Virus record (IMG/VR): IMGVR_UViG_3300021420_000016
Span: 90,049-154,048 of that record
Strand: one strand, 5' to 3'
Length of the DNA: 64,000 nucleotides
DNA from: a virus
Shown here: one piece after another, positions 29,133 to 39,926 of the stretch
How positions within the stretch are numbered: position 1 is the stretch's first letter
Layout of the letters: each line of letters begins with the position of its first letter
Notes under the pieces: model-generated
The model's database searches: none
What the model was told of the DNA's origin: nothing
Seen by the model: only the letters and a program-made list of their open reading frames with translations
Made by a program: the position numbers and the translations under genes

Positions 29133-29588
29133 GTGGCGAAGATGCTGGGCCGCATTGCCGCGCTTACCCGCAACGGCTCGGCCTGCCGCTGCGGGGATTG
29201 CGATACACGGGGTGCCAGGCGTGCCCGTAAGCGCGCAGAGGCACGGGAGGTGACCGCCGAGGTGAACGACGAACTCCGGCACCGGGACGAAGAATTGGGC
29301 CGGCTCGTGCAGGAGCGGCTGGACGAGCGCGCCACCCATGGCCCGTGCGCCCATTGTGGCCGCAAGCCGGCGGCGGGGTATGCGATGTCCGGCGGGGCGC
29401 AACTGTGCCACCCCTGCGATCCGGCGCTCCCCGATTGTTATGTGCGGGTGGAAATTTGGCGCGAGCCCCTTGGCGTGCTCCGGGACCGTGATCCTAAACC
29501 GGCCGGCCTGGACGGTGTCAGCGGTGAGGTTGACGCATTCCTGCGGATGGTGACGCTGACCGAGGAACTCGGGCCTAGTGATGGCTGA
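29133..29588 (+). CDS. Hypothetical Cys-rich protein
   Basis: ORF with CRCGDC, CAHC, LCHP..PDCY. Confidence 0.55.
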   Translation: MAKMLGRIAALTRNGSACRCGDCDTRGARRARKRAEAREVTAEVNDELRHRDEELGRLVQERLDERATHGPCAHCGRKPAAGYAMSGGAQLCHPCDPALPDCYVRVEIWREPLGVLRDRDPKPAGLDGVSGEVDAFLRMVTLTEELGPSDG

Positions 29589-30363
29589 CCCACAGCGAAT
29601 TGTTGTCGCCGGGGACTGGCACGGCAACATTGGCTGGGCGCAGCACGTCATCGGCTGGGCCGGCGTGGCGCTCGCCGGGGAGGACTCTCCGCTGATCCTG
29701 CACCTAGGGGATTTCGGTATCTGGCCGGGGGCCGGTGGCGTCCTTTACCTGAACGCGGTGATCGGCGCCTTGTCTGCAGCCGGGACCAAGCTGTGGTTCA
29801 TTGACGGAAATCATGAGGACTTTCCTCAGCTCGCACGCTGGGGGCCGGATGGCCGGCGACCTGGCGCCGACGACCATCCCGAGTGGGCGCGGATTCGCTG
29901 GCTTCTCCGCGGGCACCGCTGGACGTGGCATGGCCGCACGTGGCTTGCCTGCGGCGGCGGGGTGAGCCTCGACAAGGCGGCTCGCGCCGAAGGCCGGGAT
30001 TGGTGGCCCGAGGAGGAGATTACCGCTGAGCAGGAGGCGGCGGTCATCGCCGGCGGCCACGCCGATGTGCTCGTATCCCATGATTGGCCTTCTGGGGTGG
30101 TCCATGCTTATCCGCCAGCGCCGTCATGGTGGGACCGTGCAGATCTCCACCGCAGCGACTGGCATCAGAAGCGATTGCAGCGGATCGTGGGCGCTGTTCG
30201 GCCGCGGCACATCATGCACGGTCATCTTCATAGGAGTTACCAGCGCACCTGCGATTTCGGTTATGGGCCAGTGGAGGTGACCGGCCTGGATTGCGACGGC
30301 GGCAAGGGGGCCAATTGGGCGGTCTTGAATGTGGAAACGATGACTTGGGAAACCTCGGGGTGA
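29581..30363 (+). CDS. Calcineurin-like metallophosphoesterase
   Basis: GDWHG, LGDFG, DGNHE, SHD, HGHLH. Confidence 0.92.
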   Translation: MADPQRIVVAGDWHGNIGWAQHVIGWAGVALAGEDSPLILHLGDFGIWPGAGGVLYLNAVIGALSAAGTKLWFIDGNHEDFPQLARWGPDGRRPGADDHPEWARIRWLLRGHRWTWHGRTWLACGGGVSLDKAARAEGRDWWPEEEITAEQEAAVIAGGHADVLVSHDWPSGVVHAYPPAPSWWDRADLHRSDWHQKRLQRIVGAVRPRHIMHGHLHRSYQRTCDFGYGPVEVTGLDCDGGKGANWAVLNVETMTWETSG

Positions 30364-30458
30364 GCGCCGCCTGTTTGCAGGCGCGGTGGTATCGGGAGCG
30401 TCCCGTTAGGGCCATGGGGCGGTAAAGAATCCTTGCCGGGTGCCTACGCACCGGTAAC

Positions 30459-31399
30459 GTGCATTACGTGGTGGAGGAGGGGGGGCCTCGGGACGGCGGT
30501 CACTGGACCGCGACCTGGATAGGTCACCTCGGCGGGAACTGGCAACTGCTGCTCACGGACTCCGCCGGCGCCGTCAAGCTGGACGAGCCGACGCAAATCT
30601 CCAGCGCCTACCCGCGTCCCGGCCCCGGAGTCCTGGAAGCGCTGGATGTGGAAGTTATCCCGGGCACCACGTGGACGCAGTCGGGGACCGCGAGCGTGTG
30701 GTTTTCCCGGCCGGTCAAACCGTGGAAGCGGGCTCCAGGGGAGCCAGCACCCTCCTTAGCCGCTTCGTAGCGGGCCCCTTACCCTCCGGATACATCAGGC
30801 TTCTCACCTGCCTCACCTTCACCCGTATTTGTGAATCACGTTTTAGGATGTACGAGTACGGCGCACAGGGACGTGCGCCCGGGCGGGAGGGAGCCCGGCA
30901 TGGGGGGGACTGGCGCGCTGCGAATCTCTGCGCCATGGGAGATCACCACGGCCCACGCACCACCGGCGCTCGCGGAGGAAACCCCGGACTGGTGGGCTTA
31001 CGCCGCCCAGTACCCGCGCTGGCACGTCTGGCGCGGCGTCGCCGGCCTGCTGTACGCGCGCAGGCCGCGGACCAGCCCGCCGTGGATCGTCCGCGCCACC
31101 GACCCCGACGAACTCGCGCAGAAGGTGGCCCTCCGCGAACGCGGCCAGCGGCCCTGCTGGTGACCCTCTTCGAGCTCGCCCGGCTTCCCCGCGTCGCCCT
31201 CATGGGGGAGTACCTGCGCACCCTCGACCGCAGCGACCGCATGGAACTTGCGCGCGTGGCGAACATGACCCGCGAAGCGCTCGTTGCGGCCATCATGGGC
31301 GACCCGGACGGCGGCCGGCGGCTGCGGGCCATGGCCGCGGCCGAGCGCCACCTCCAGGTGGCCCTGGGTAAGCTGCGTGACCAGCGTCACGCCGCGTGA
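30459..31399 (+). CDS. Three small hypothetical genes (30459-30770; 30900-31163; 31160-31399)
   Basis: ORFs; GTGA overlap at 31160. Confidence 0.5.
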
Positions 31400-31458
31400 T
31401 ACCTGTGACCCGGTTGGCGGAACTACACGGGTGGGACTAATACTGGTTCTGAAGTAGT

Positions 31459-31468
31459 CCCCCCCCCC
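31459..31468. repeat. C10 tract in the 5' region of the 31518 gene
   Basis: Read directly. Confidence 0.9.
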
Positions 31469-31517
31469 TGTGTGCAGCCCCTTCCTCCCGCCGCCCGCCA
31501 CGCGAGGTGATGCCGTC

Positions 31518-32381
31518 TTGCCTTCGTCCGGCCGCAAGTCCTGGGAACACTCGTTCGACACCCGGGAAGAGAACGCGCGATGGCGAGCGAACAGCGGCCA
31601 CCGCAGAACGGCCGGGCCCCGGGAAACCCCGTGCCCTGGCGGGTGCAATGCGGCCTGGCGGCGGCAGCAGCGGCTCCTGGACGCCTACCAGCGGTCCATG
31701 GAGGCCTGGCAGGACGATCCCTCCGGTAGCCCGCCGGCTGAGCCCGAGACGCGCGCCTTGTCGCCGTATCCGGGGAACCCGTTCTGCAGCAACGACCAGG
31801 CGGTCTACCGGCGGCTGCTCGGCGAAGTGGACGACCTGGCCGCCATCGCCATCCGGCACAACGACGGGCACCGCAAAGACCCCGACGCCGAGCGCGTGTC
31901 CGGTAGCCGCGGCACCCGGTCCCCGTCGGCGACGATCGAGGAACTCGACCACGTCGCCTCGGCGTTGCGGGACTGGGAGGCCACGGCGCGGGATCTGATT
32001 CGCAAGCAAGCCGGCCGGCTCCCCAGCGACGAAGGCACCCCGCCACGGCGCGGGTACCTGGCCAGCGAGATCACGACCAGTGTGAGCTGGCTGGTGGCGC
32101 ACTTCGAGGTGCTGATCACCGACGCCGACGCGGCCGTCCCGTTCGCTGCGGAGATCAGCGAGTGGCATGAGCGGCTGAAGAAGCGGGAGAAGGCCGGCAC
32201 GGGCCGCAAGCACATGAAGCGCCCCTGCCCGCGGTGCGACAGGTACAGCTTGTACCAGGAAGACGACGCTGACTACGTAGCGTGTGCGCGCCCTGACTGT
32301 GGGCGGCTTATGGCCTGGGGGGAATGGCTCACCTACGCCGACACCTTCGCCCAGCCCACGGCGTCCGCCGGTGCGGCCTGA
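31518..32381 (+). CDS. Phage protein with C-terminal zinc ribbon (possible late-gene regulator)
   Basis: GAGGTG RBS + TTG; PCPRCDRYSL..VAC...CG; followed by an HTH gene. Confidence 0.65.
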   Translation: MPSSGRKSWEHSFDTREENARWRANSGHRRTAGPRETPCPGGCNAAWRRQQRLLDAYQRSMEAWQDDPSGSPPAEPETRALSPYPGNPFCSNDQAVYRRLLGEVDDLAAIAIRHNDGHRKDPDAERVSGSRGTRSPSATIEELDHVASALRDWEATARDLIRKQAGRLPSDEGTPPRRGYLASEITTSVSWLVAHFEVLITDADAAVPFAAEISEWHERLKKREKAGTGRKHMKRPCPRCDRYSLYQEDDADYVACARPDCGRLMAWGEWLTYADTFAQPTASAGAA

Positions 32382-32572
32382 GACGAGTGCGGCGGCCTCC
32401 CCTTTTAGCCATCCAGGGGGAGGCCGCCTTGGCGCCGCCGGAAAGGAACCCAGCGCCCCCATGATGCCCCGCCGCGCCCCGGCGGAAACAGGTGCGCGTC
32501 TTGCATGACATCAGGCCGCGGACCCCTGTAAACTCTCGTGCGACCAAGACTGTTGTGCCCTCTTCCGGGAAC

Positions 32573-32594
32573 GCCCCCTGGCTGGGGGCCTTTT
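32573..32594 (+). terminator. Intrinsic terminator-like hairpin
   Basis: gccccc-tggct-gggggc followed by ctttt. Confidence 0.5.
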
Positions 32595-32623
32595 CGCTGT
32601 CCGGCGGGGGTGAGCTGCCCCCC

Positions 32624-32881
32624 ATGGAACTCCCGGCCCCCGCCGCCGACGGCCTCACGTACGTCACCACGGCGACCGCAGCCCGCCTGCTGCGGATCGC
32701 GCCGTGCACCGTGACGAGCTGGAAAGTAAAGGGTTACCTGCGGCCGATTCCGGGCAGTCCCCTCCATAAGCCCGTCTATCTATGGGATGACGTACTGGAC
32801 GCCGAGCACACCGCCCGCAGCAACGCCCTGCGTACCTCCGGAACCGATGTCCAGGTCCGCCGCGACCGGGAGGCGTCGTGA
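32624..32881 (+). CDS. MerR/excisionase-like HTH protein
   Basis: VTTATAARLLRIAPCTVTSWKVKGYL.P..VY.WDDV. Confidence 0.75.
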   Translation: MELPAPAADGLTYVTTATAARLLRIAPCTVTSWKVKGYLRPIPGSPLHKPVYLWDDVLDAEHTARSNALRTSGTDVQVRRDREAS

Positions 32882-33270
32882 CCAGCACGATCCGGGTGCG
32901 CGTCGTGGATCTCGGCGGCCTGCGCGCCTGGCGGGCGTCGGTGCCGCGGTCACCTGGCGGCAACCCGTGCACCGAAGACAAGAATCACATCGCCGCCACC
33001 GCGGAGACGGTGCTTCGCTGGCAGGAACCCCAGGCTGCCGGTCCCGGCAAGGGCTTGATCCGTTTCACCTGGGTATGCCCGGGCTGCGGCGGCACAGTCC
33101 TCGGCCATCTCGGTGACCAGCCCTCGGGGGGCTGGGATGCGCCGAGATGGGTGAACGTGGGGAGCTGGGAGAAGCCCACGCTCACCCCGTCTCTGGCCTG
33201 CCCATTGTGGCGTTCCCGTCGCTGCCAGGGCCATTGGCATCTCCGCGAGGGAATTCTTCACCCGGCATAG
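32878..33270 (+). CDS. DUF6527-like Cys/His protein
   Basis: CPGCG..W...GS..KPTLTPSL.C..C..HWHLREG. Confidence 0.6.
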   Translation: MTSTIRVRVVDLGGLRAWRASVPRSPGGNPCTEDKNHIAATAETVLRWQEPQAAGPGKGLIRFTWVCPGCGGTVLGHLGDQPSGGWDAPRWVNVGSWEKPTLTPSLACPLWRSRRCQGHWHLREGILHPA

Positions 33271-34780
33271 AGACGACCCTCAGGCCCACGGCCGCCCACC
33301 CTTCCGCGGTGGAGTCGTGGCCGGCCTCCCACCATCGGCTGACCGCATCGTGCAGCGCATGGTCGGCGGCCGGCCCGAGGATTCGCAGCTTCGCCAGGAG
33401 GGCCCGTTCGCCTATCTCCCACTTGGTACCGTAGCTGGCCTGCCCAGTGGCGAAGGAGAAGGCGTCCTCAGCCTCGGCCCATGTCAGAGGCAGGTTCACC
33501 ATCATCCCGGGACTGAGCAGCGTGCCGTTGAGGATATCGGCGATGCAGTTGATCTCGCCGAGGGTGAACCGGAGCCGGCGCAGCTCAGTAGTGAGGGCCA
33601 TACGCCACAGTTCGATCTCGGTACGGGCCTGCACGTGCGGGCTCATGGCATGCATGCGGTGGGCGCGGTCCGTCAGCCAGTCCAGGGTCCCGTCGTCCAG
33701 CCTGAACTGGGTCAGTTCGGTCTTAGCCATGACCGTGGTGCCGCCCTTCACAGGTAGGACAGGTCGCTGGGATCCAGTTGGGTGATGCGTTTCTCGATCT
33801 CGTCATGAAGATCGCGGATCTCGCCCTCTAGGTCTTCCGCCTCGTCTTGGAGATTGGCGGCGTGACGTTCCCAGTCGTAGCTGCTGAGGTTTCCGGTGCG
33901 CCGCCGGACCTTATCCCGCAGCCTGCGGATGTCTCGATGATCGCGGTCCAGTAGCGCCTCTTTGCGGGCCACCTCATGCTGGAGCGCGAGGATCCGCTGC
34001 AGTGCGGCTTCCATCGCCGGATCGGGATGTGGCCGCCGCTGGGGCCCTCTGTGGCGCCGGAACATGAGGTCAGTCTCCGTAGGGGCCGCGGCGGCTGCTG
34101 CGGCCCATCTGGTAGGCGTTCTGGGTGACGAACCGCACCGGGTAGGGCGGGCACAGGTTCCCGTGCTGCGGGTGGGACAGTACACGGCGGCCGGCATCCC
34201 AGACGTGACTCTCGGGCAGTTCACCCTTGCCGTCATGCGGCCGGGTGGTTTCGATCGCGTACACGTCGCCCTGGCGCTCCGCGCGGCGGCCGGCATCCAG
34301 CGCCTGAATGACCTCTGCCGGGGTGATCCAGGCGAGCGCGCTTCGGACGGTTTCGATGGTGCCGGGCACCCGGACGGCCCACGGTTGCCCGTCTTCGGTG
34401 CCGCACAGGTAGGACAGGCTGGCGCGCCGGTGGCCGAAGGCCCGCGAGTATGCCCGCCATCCTTCGGCGTGCAGCAGGACGAGGCCGACGTTCTTGCCCC
34501 AGGTGGGCCGGTCGGCGACGGTGAGCGGCACGAATCTGTCGCGGGAGTCGATGGTGGTCTCCCCGCCGCGGCGGCTGATTTCTTTTGCGTAGCGGCCGGC
34601 GACCCGCGCGTTGGCCCTGGCCCGTACGCCGGGGTGGTACCGGGGCTCGATGGGCCGCTGCTTGGCGCGCTCGCGGCGCAGCCGGGTGATGGCGGTCTTG
34701 GACCGCTGGCCGGGCAGTCCTTGCTCGCGCAGAGCTGCGGCGAGCAGGGCCGGGTTGCGGGTGGGCAGTGCGGCAGCCAT
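33182..34780 (-). CDS. Three-gene leftward insert: 34070-34780, 33748-34065 (coiled coil), 33182-33730 (possible RHH N-terminus)
   Basis: Own promoter and a GGGCGAAGGG variant leader; opposite strand to neighbours. Confidence 0.7.
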
Positions 34781-34811
34781 TGGAAGATCTCCCTTCGCCC
34801 TTTGTATCTCA

Positions 34812-34840
34812 ACCGTATACGGACAACCTACTCCTGTCAA
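34812..34840 (-). promoter_or_regulatory. Sigma-A type promoter
   Basis: TTGACA-17 nt-TACGGT on minus strand. Confidence 0.75.
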
Positions 34841-34863
34841 TCAAATCTTTGGGGGGATGAGCC

Positions 34864-35396
34864 GTGACCGACGAGACCGAGGCCCTGCGTGCCGAGGTGG
34901 CCGAACTCCGTGCTGAGATCGAGCGCCTGCAGGCATGGCAGGCCACGCATGTATGCCAGCCGCAAGCGGGTAACTGGCCGTCGCAGTGCACCTGCGGGAC
35001 GAGCACCCGCTCCCCGGTGCATGCCCCGCCGCCCTGGCAGGGGACCTGGACGAGTGTCGCCGCAGGCGCTGCGGGCGGGGGGTCCACCCACATGTGGACC
35101 GCCAACACCGCCAACACTGCCGCAACGCCGATGGTGACGATCGTCCCGCTGACCACGATGGGCGCGGCCCCGCAGCCGCAGATCTTCACCTACTACGACG
35201 TCGGCGGCGAATGCGCATGATCGGAATCCTTGCGATCCTGTTCTTCGCCGCCGCGGTCATCGTGCACGGCGGCGCGGTCACCGTGCACACGCACTGGCTT
35301 GACTGGGAAGGGCTCGCCCTCGCCGGTTTGCTGTGCCTGTCCCTGACGGGCTTCTCCCCGCCCGCAGCGCTCACCCGGTGGCGCAGGCACGACTGA
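34864..35396 (+). CDS. Hypothetical 34864-35220 and small two-TM protein 35217-35396
   Basis: ATGA overlap; hydrophobic second ORF. Confidence 0.55.
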
Positions 35397-35418
35397 CCTG
35401 CGCGCCTGCGTAAACGCC

Positions 35419-35458
35419 GCCCCTCGCCGTCTCGCGCAGGGGCTTTTTCATGTCCCCC
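35419..35458 (+). terminator. Terminator-like hairpin
   Basis: gcccct...aggggc-ttttt. Confidence 0.5.
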
Positions 35459-35478
35459 CACGGAAGGAAGGCCGCCAC

Positions 35479-35913
35479 TTGAGCAGTGAGATCACGCCCG
35501 GGGAAGTCGTCACCTATTTCTGGCGGTGGTTCTGGGTGGGCGTACTCGCCCTCGCCGTCATCGCTGCCCTGATCGCAGGCAGCCAGACCGGGTGGTTCTG
35601 GCTGGACACCCGCGCGGTGCAGCACCAGTCGCAGGTGATCCGGCTGAATTACGCCACCCAGGAAGCGTATGTGCAGCAGATGCAGGGTTACATCGCCCAG
35701 ATCCTCACCGACCAGGAGCAAGAACTTGGCCTATCCGGCGCCCAGCTCGCGGATATGCGTGCTGCGGCTTTGGGCCTGGGCCAGCAGGCGTGCGCGAAAG
35801 CCGCCGACGTGTCTATTTCCCTGGGGCCGTCCGGGTCCTGGGTGCGGGCGAACTGCAAGTACGGCGCAGTGAACCCGGCGTCACCTCTTCAGAAAGGATC
35901 TTCTTCGCCGTGA
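35479..35913 (+). CDS. Membrane-anchored protein paired with the downstream lipoprotein
   Basis: N-terminal TM, helical domain with two Cys. Confidence 0.7.
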   Translation: MSSEITPGEVVTYFWRWFWVGVLALAVIAALIAGSQTGWFWLDTRAVQHQSQVIRLNYATQEAYVQQMQGYIAQILTDQEQELGLSGAQLADMRAAALGLGQQACAKAADVSISLGPSGSWVRANCKYGAVNPASPLQKGSSSP

Positions 35914-36545
35914 ACATCCGCAAAATCCCCCTTGCGGTTGTGCTCGCCGCCCTGTGCCTGCTCGCCGTCGCCGCGTGCCGTTCCAGCGGTAACAGCAACG
36001 GGCAGGCGCTGGAAAACCAGCAGCAGTACAACAATGAGTCCACGTTCGAGCAGGTGCAGCCGATCCCGCATTTCGCCTATTCCCAGTATAGGGCCACCCT
36101 AACCGAGGTGGAGGCGATTCAGGCGCTCGGCACGCAGACCACGAGCTTCTTCTTCAACCAGGGCATTCAGAAGCCGATCTTTGCATGCCCGTCGCTGGGT
36201 ATGCCGGTCGCCTCGACTGCACAACTGAGCAACCCAGCGCAGCCCTTCAACATGACCGACGGAAACGGCAACTACAACACGGTGGTCCTTGGAAACATGG
36301 ACCCGAACGGCACGTATTCGCCGCCGGATTCGACGGGGACGAACGTGGTGTGCCTGAACGCCACCGGGCAGCCGTACATCGAATACTGGGAAGGCTTTGT
36401 GGACGCCGTTTCCGGCGTCGCCCACTGGGATTCCGCGACCAGTTCCGTGGTGGTGACCGGCGCGCCGGCGCTGCCGAAGTGCAAGCCCGCGACCGCCACT
36501 ATCGGCGGTAAGCAGCAGCGCGTCACCACCTGCGCGAAAGCCTGA
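35910..36545 (+). CDS. Phage lipoprotein
   Basis: LAVAAC lipobox; CPSLGMPV..QLSNP..DPNGTY..GT.VVC pattern. Confidence 0.75.
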   Translation: MNIRKIPLAVVLAALCLLAVAACRSSGNSNGQALENQQQYNNESTFEQVQPIPHFAYSQYRATLTEVEAIQALGTQTTSFFFNQGIQKPIFACPSLGMPVASTAQLSNPAQPFNMTDGNGNYNTVVLGNMDPNGTYSPPDSTGTNVVCLNATGQPYIEYWEGFVDAVSGVAHWDSATSSVVVTGAPALPKCKPATATIGGKQQRVTTCAKA

Positions 36546-36564
36546 CAATCCGGCCCTTTCTGCC

Positions 36565-36590
36565 GCCCCTGCATTCGCGGGGGCTTTTTT
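36565..36590 (+). terminator. Intrinsic terminator
   Basis: gcccctgc-attc-gcgggggc-tttttt. Confidence 0.75.
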
Positions 36591-36641
36591 GGTTGCCCGC
36601 GAACGAAAGGGAGGCGTCCTGTACCTACTTGAGGAGCAGCA

Positions 36642-37175
36642 ATGATCTCCCCGGATGAAGCCCGTGAGGTGGGCTTGGCCTTGGCGGTGGAGTTGTTTTC
36701 GTCGGGCCGCGACGATTATGTCCTCCTCTCTGACCCTTCGCCGGTCATTCATGTGGCGGGGGAGTTCGCCAACTGGCTGCTGGCCCGGCCGCAGAACCTG
36801 AAATTGCGGCCTGCGCCATTCACTTTCCCCGAGGCCGGTGGCCCGGGGGTTCCAACCCGAATAGGAGAAAACGGTATGTCCGTAACGATGACCGACGCGC
36901 AGCAGGTCGACTACACCTGTGAGCCGGAAGACAGCAAGGGCGTGGAGGTCAGCGACACGCTCACCTGGTCTTCGGACGACGGCGGCGCGGTGCTGACCGT
37001 CACCCCGTCGGCCGATGGCCTGTCGTGCACCTTCGCCGCCGTGGCGCCGGGGTCGGCGACCATCACCGTCACCGACGGCACGCTGAGTGGGAGCGACCTG
37101 ATCACGGTAACCCCCGGCGCCGTCGCCTCTCTGGTACTCACTCCCGGCACGCCGGCGGGCGAGCCCAGCGCCTGA
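36642..37175 (+). CDS. Ig-like (Big_2 type) domain protein with second in-frame start at 36876
   Basis: LTWSSDD..VLTV.PSADGLS..AVAPGSATITVT; AGGAGA RBS before 36876. Confidence 0.75.
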   Translation: MISPDEAREVGLALAVELFSSGRDDYVLLSDPSPVIHVAGEFANWLLARPQNLKLRPAPFTFPEAGGPGVPTRIGENGMSVTMTDAQQVDYTCEPEDSKGVEVSDTLTWSSDDGGAVLTVTPSADGLSCTFAAVAPGSATITVTDGTLSGSDLITVTPGAVASLVLTPGTPAGEPSA

Positions 37176-37273
37176 CCGCGTGAGCCGCCCGCAGTCCCAA
37201 GGGGGGAATCGGGGCTGCGGGCGGCGAGGGCGGGGCCGGCCTTCCGGAGTCGACGGGACGCACGCAGGCCGTC

Positions 37274-38656
37274 GTGACCGCTCGATCACAGGGTGAGCAC
37301 CCGTTTACCGATCCGTCAAGTCCCCCGAAAGGAAGTATTCGCGTGAGCAAGACCGTCCCCGGTGCCCGCGAAGTGGACCCGGCGAAGGAGGTGCTCCGGT
37401 TGGTCTCCGACCGCGACACGCCCGAGCACCATGGTTTCCGCCTGGTCCTCGATGAGGTCCACCAGATCCAGCCTGATGGCCAGCCGCCGGTGCAGGCGCA
37501 CATTGTCGTGACGGCGAGCAAGGGTGTCGCGGCCATCCCGGGCCTGGGGGAGAAGATCGCCGCGGCGCTTCGTGAGGGCTGGCAGCCCGAGGGGGAGGAG
37601 TAGCGGTGGGCGGCTACGACCACGGGCCGCTGCGCTCGTACGAGCTGGTGTGGCGGTCCGGGCACATCGAAACCCTGCAGGGCCACCAGGTGCTGTTCGA
37701 TTCCCACCGGATCGAGGGCCGCGATTTCCTCGCGTCGGTGTTCGGCGGGGTGGCCACCGAGACCCGCGGTGCGCCGGATCCCCGGTTCTACGTGCACGGT
37801 GAGTTCGACGGGCGCTGGCGGCTGGTCCTGTCGGCGCCCGAGTCCGAGCTGCACACGCTGCGCGATGTAACGGACCGGGAGCCCGCCGTCCCGGAGGCGG
37901 CCGGGTGACCGCAGGCCCGGGCGACCTGACCCCGGCCCAGGCGCAGGCGTTCCTTCGCGATCACGTCACCGTGGTCAGGCCGGGTGAGACTTTGGTGGTC
38001 CGCGGCGGCGACTGGGCGCCGTACCGGGTGCGGGAGCTTCAGGAGGCCCTCGACACGATGATCGCGGCCCGGGGGCTGAAGTTCAGCGTGCTGGTGGTGC
38101 CCGGCGATGAACTGGCCGTGGCGCAGGCGGACACGGACGCGGCGTTCGCGGAGCGGGTGGCGGCCGCGCTGCACCAGAATGCGCTGCGCGGCCGTTTCCC
38201 GATGCGGCCACGGTGAGCCCGTGGTGGGACGGTTCGCCTGTGACCGAGGCGCAGGTCCACGAATTCAGGGCTGCCCTGAGCATGGCCGCAGGTGACCCGG
38301 CCCGCAGGCACAAGATCACCGTCCTGCCGCCCGGCCAGCCAGCACTTGTGCCTGCGGGGCCACTGGACGCGGTCAGCGACCTGTGCCTTACGCCACCGGA
38401 GGCGTCAGTGGCCGAGCCGCTTCCTGCCTGCCGGTGCGGGAGCGCCGATCAGGTGACGTGGGCGCATGCGTTCGGCGCCCATTTGTGCTTCTCCTGCCGG
38501 ACCCAGCGCACGTGGGAACTGCTCGATGGGCCACCCGGGGGCGGTCCGCCGCCGGCGGCGTGCAGGTGCGACTGGCCGCCGGGCAATCCGCTGGCGGTGC
38601 ACCGCCCCTGGTGCGACGCGGGCCCCGTCTACTTGGGCGGGGGAAGGGCGTACTAG
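37274..38656 (+). CDS. Four small hypothetical genes (to 37603; 37606-37908; 37905-38216; 38213-38656)
   Basis: Coupled starts/stops. Confidence 0.6.
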
Positions 38657-38747
38657 CCTTGGGCGTCATGTCCGAGGATGATCTTGCTGTGGTTCTCAGC
38701 GTGCTGGAGCCAGCGCCGCCGGTTCCGGTCTCGGCCCAGGATCTGTG

Positions 38748-39926
38748 TCATGCGGCCGCCCTGCGGGGCTGGTATCCGGAGTTCCCGTTCCTGCCCGTCG
38801 CCCTTCCCGCGGTCGCGCCTTGTGCCTGCTCAGTTCCGACGCGATCACCGGCAAGGTGAGCAGGGCGAGGGAGATGAGGGCACGCCAAAGCAAGACTGGG
38901 CTCCTTGTGGGGAGTTCGCGGGTGTGGGTGCGGCGAGTACCGCAGGGTTAACCCTAGTGCGAGCGGGTGGCCGGCATCAACGGGCCCCGTGCGGCCGTCT
39001 CTTCTTGCGGCGAGCCGGTCTGGGCTGAACAGGAGCAGCCGGCCGCCTCGTTCTCGTAGTGCTGGGGTGAGCCACCCTTCCCGTACGGCTGCCCGCACGG
39101 TTCCGCTGTCCACCTCGAACGCTTTGGCTACCTGGTCGGTGGTGACTAGGCCGTCCCACCGGAGAGATTCCAGGACGGCGGGTTCTGCGGTGCCGTCGGG
39201 TGTGCCGGGTTTCACGAGCCGCCAGCCTGCTTCGTGGAGCAGGCGGCTGGTGAGTTGCGAGTGCCCGGTGGCGGCGATGCCCAGCTCCTGGGCGGCTTCG
39301 CTGACGGTGAGGCGGCGTCCGCGGCGTTCCACGAGGCCGGCGACGAGAGGTGCCCAGTCTTCGTGGGTGCGTTCCCACCGGCCGGGGTTGCCCCTGTGCT
39401 GGCTCGGCCATGTTGCGGCCCGCCATACGGCGAGGCGGCCGGTCTGCCAGGTGCCGTCTCCGGCGGGCAGCGGCATGGTTTTGGGGCCGGCGGTGCCGGC
39501 GGCGTGTTCGCGGCGGGCTTGGCGGAGCCGCTGGGCGACGGTACCGAGCCGGGGGTCGCTGTCGCCGAGGCCGGTGAGTGCGGCGATCTGCTCGCGGGTG
39601 ACTGCCCGTTTGGCGAAGACGCCGGCTTTGCGTTCGGCCGCGGTGAGTTTCCGGGGTTCGGTGTAGTAGGCGCCGCGCTCGTCTTCGGGAAGCGCGCCGA
39701 GTTCGTCGCGGATGACGGTGACGAGCGCGGCGAACCGCTCCGCCCCGGTGCCTTTCGTGGTGGCAAACCGGTCCTGGTGGGCTTGTCTCAAGGTGCGCTT
39801 TTTGCTGGCGAGGCCGTTGACGTTTTTGCAGTGGAGGCACCAGTGCCGCCCGCCGCGGACGTAGAGGTTGTCTCCGGCCATGGGGTTGCCGCAGGTGCGG
39901 CAGTGGGAGGGAAGCGGGCGGCCCAT
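38748..39926 (-). CDS. Zinc-finger + multiple HTH DNA-binding protein
   Basis: SHCRTCGNPMAGDNLY..WCLHC; HTH-like VTREQIAALTG, LTVSEAAQELG, VTTDQVAKAFEVDSGTVRAAVREG. Confidence 0.7.
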   Translation of the reverse strand: MGRPLPSHCRTCGNPMAGDNLYVRGGRHWCLHCKNVNGLASKKRTLRQAHQDRFATTKGTGAERFAALVTVIRDELGALPEDERGAYYTEPRKLTAAERKAGVFAKRAVTREQIAALTGLGDSDPRLGTVAQRLRQARREHAAGTAGPKTMPLPAGDGTWQTGRLAVWRAATWPSQHRGNPGRWERTHEDWAPLVAGLVERRGRRLTVSEAAQELGIAATGHSQLTSRLLHEAGWRLVKPGTPDGTAEPAVLESLRWDGLVTTDQVAKAFEVDSGTVRAAVREGWLTPALRERGGRLLLFSPDRLAARRDGRTGPVDAGHPLALGLTLRYSPHPHPRTPHKEPSLALACPHLPRPAHLAGDRVGTEQAQGATAGRATGRNGNSGYQPRRAAA

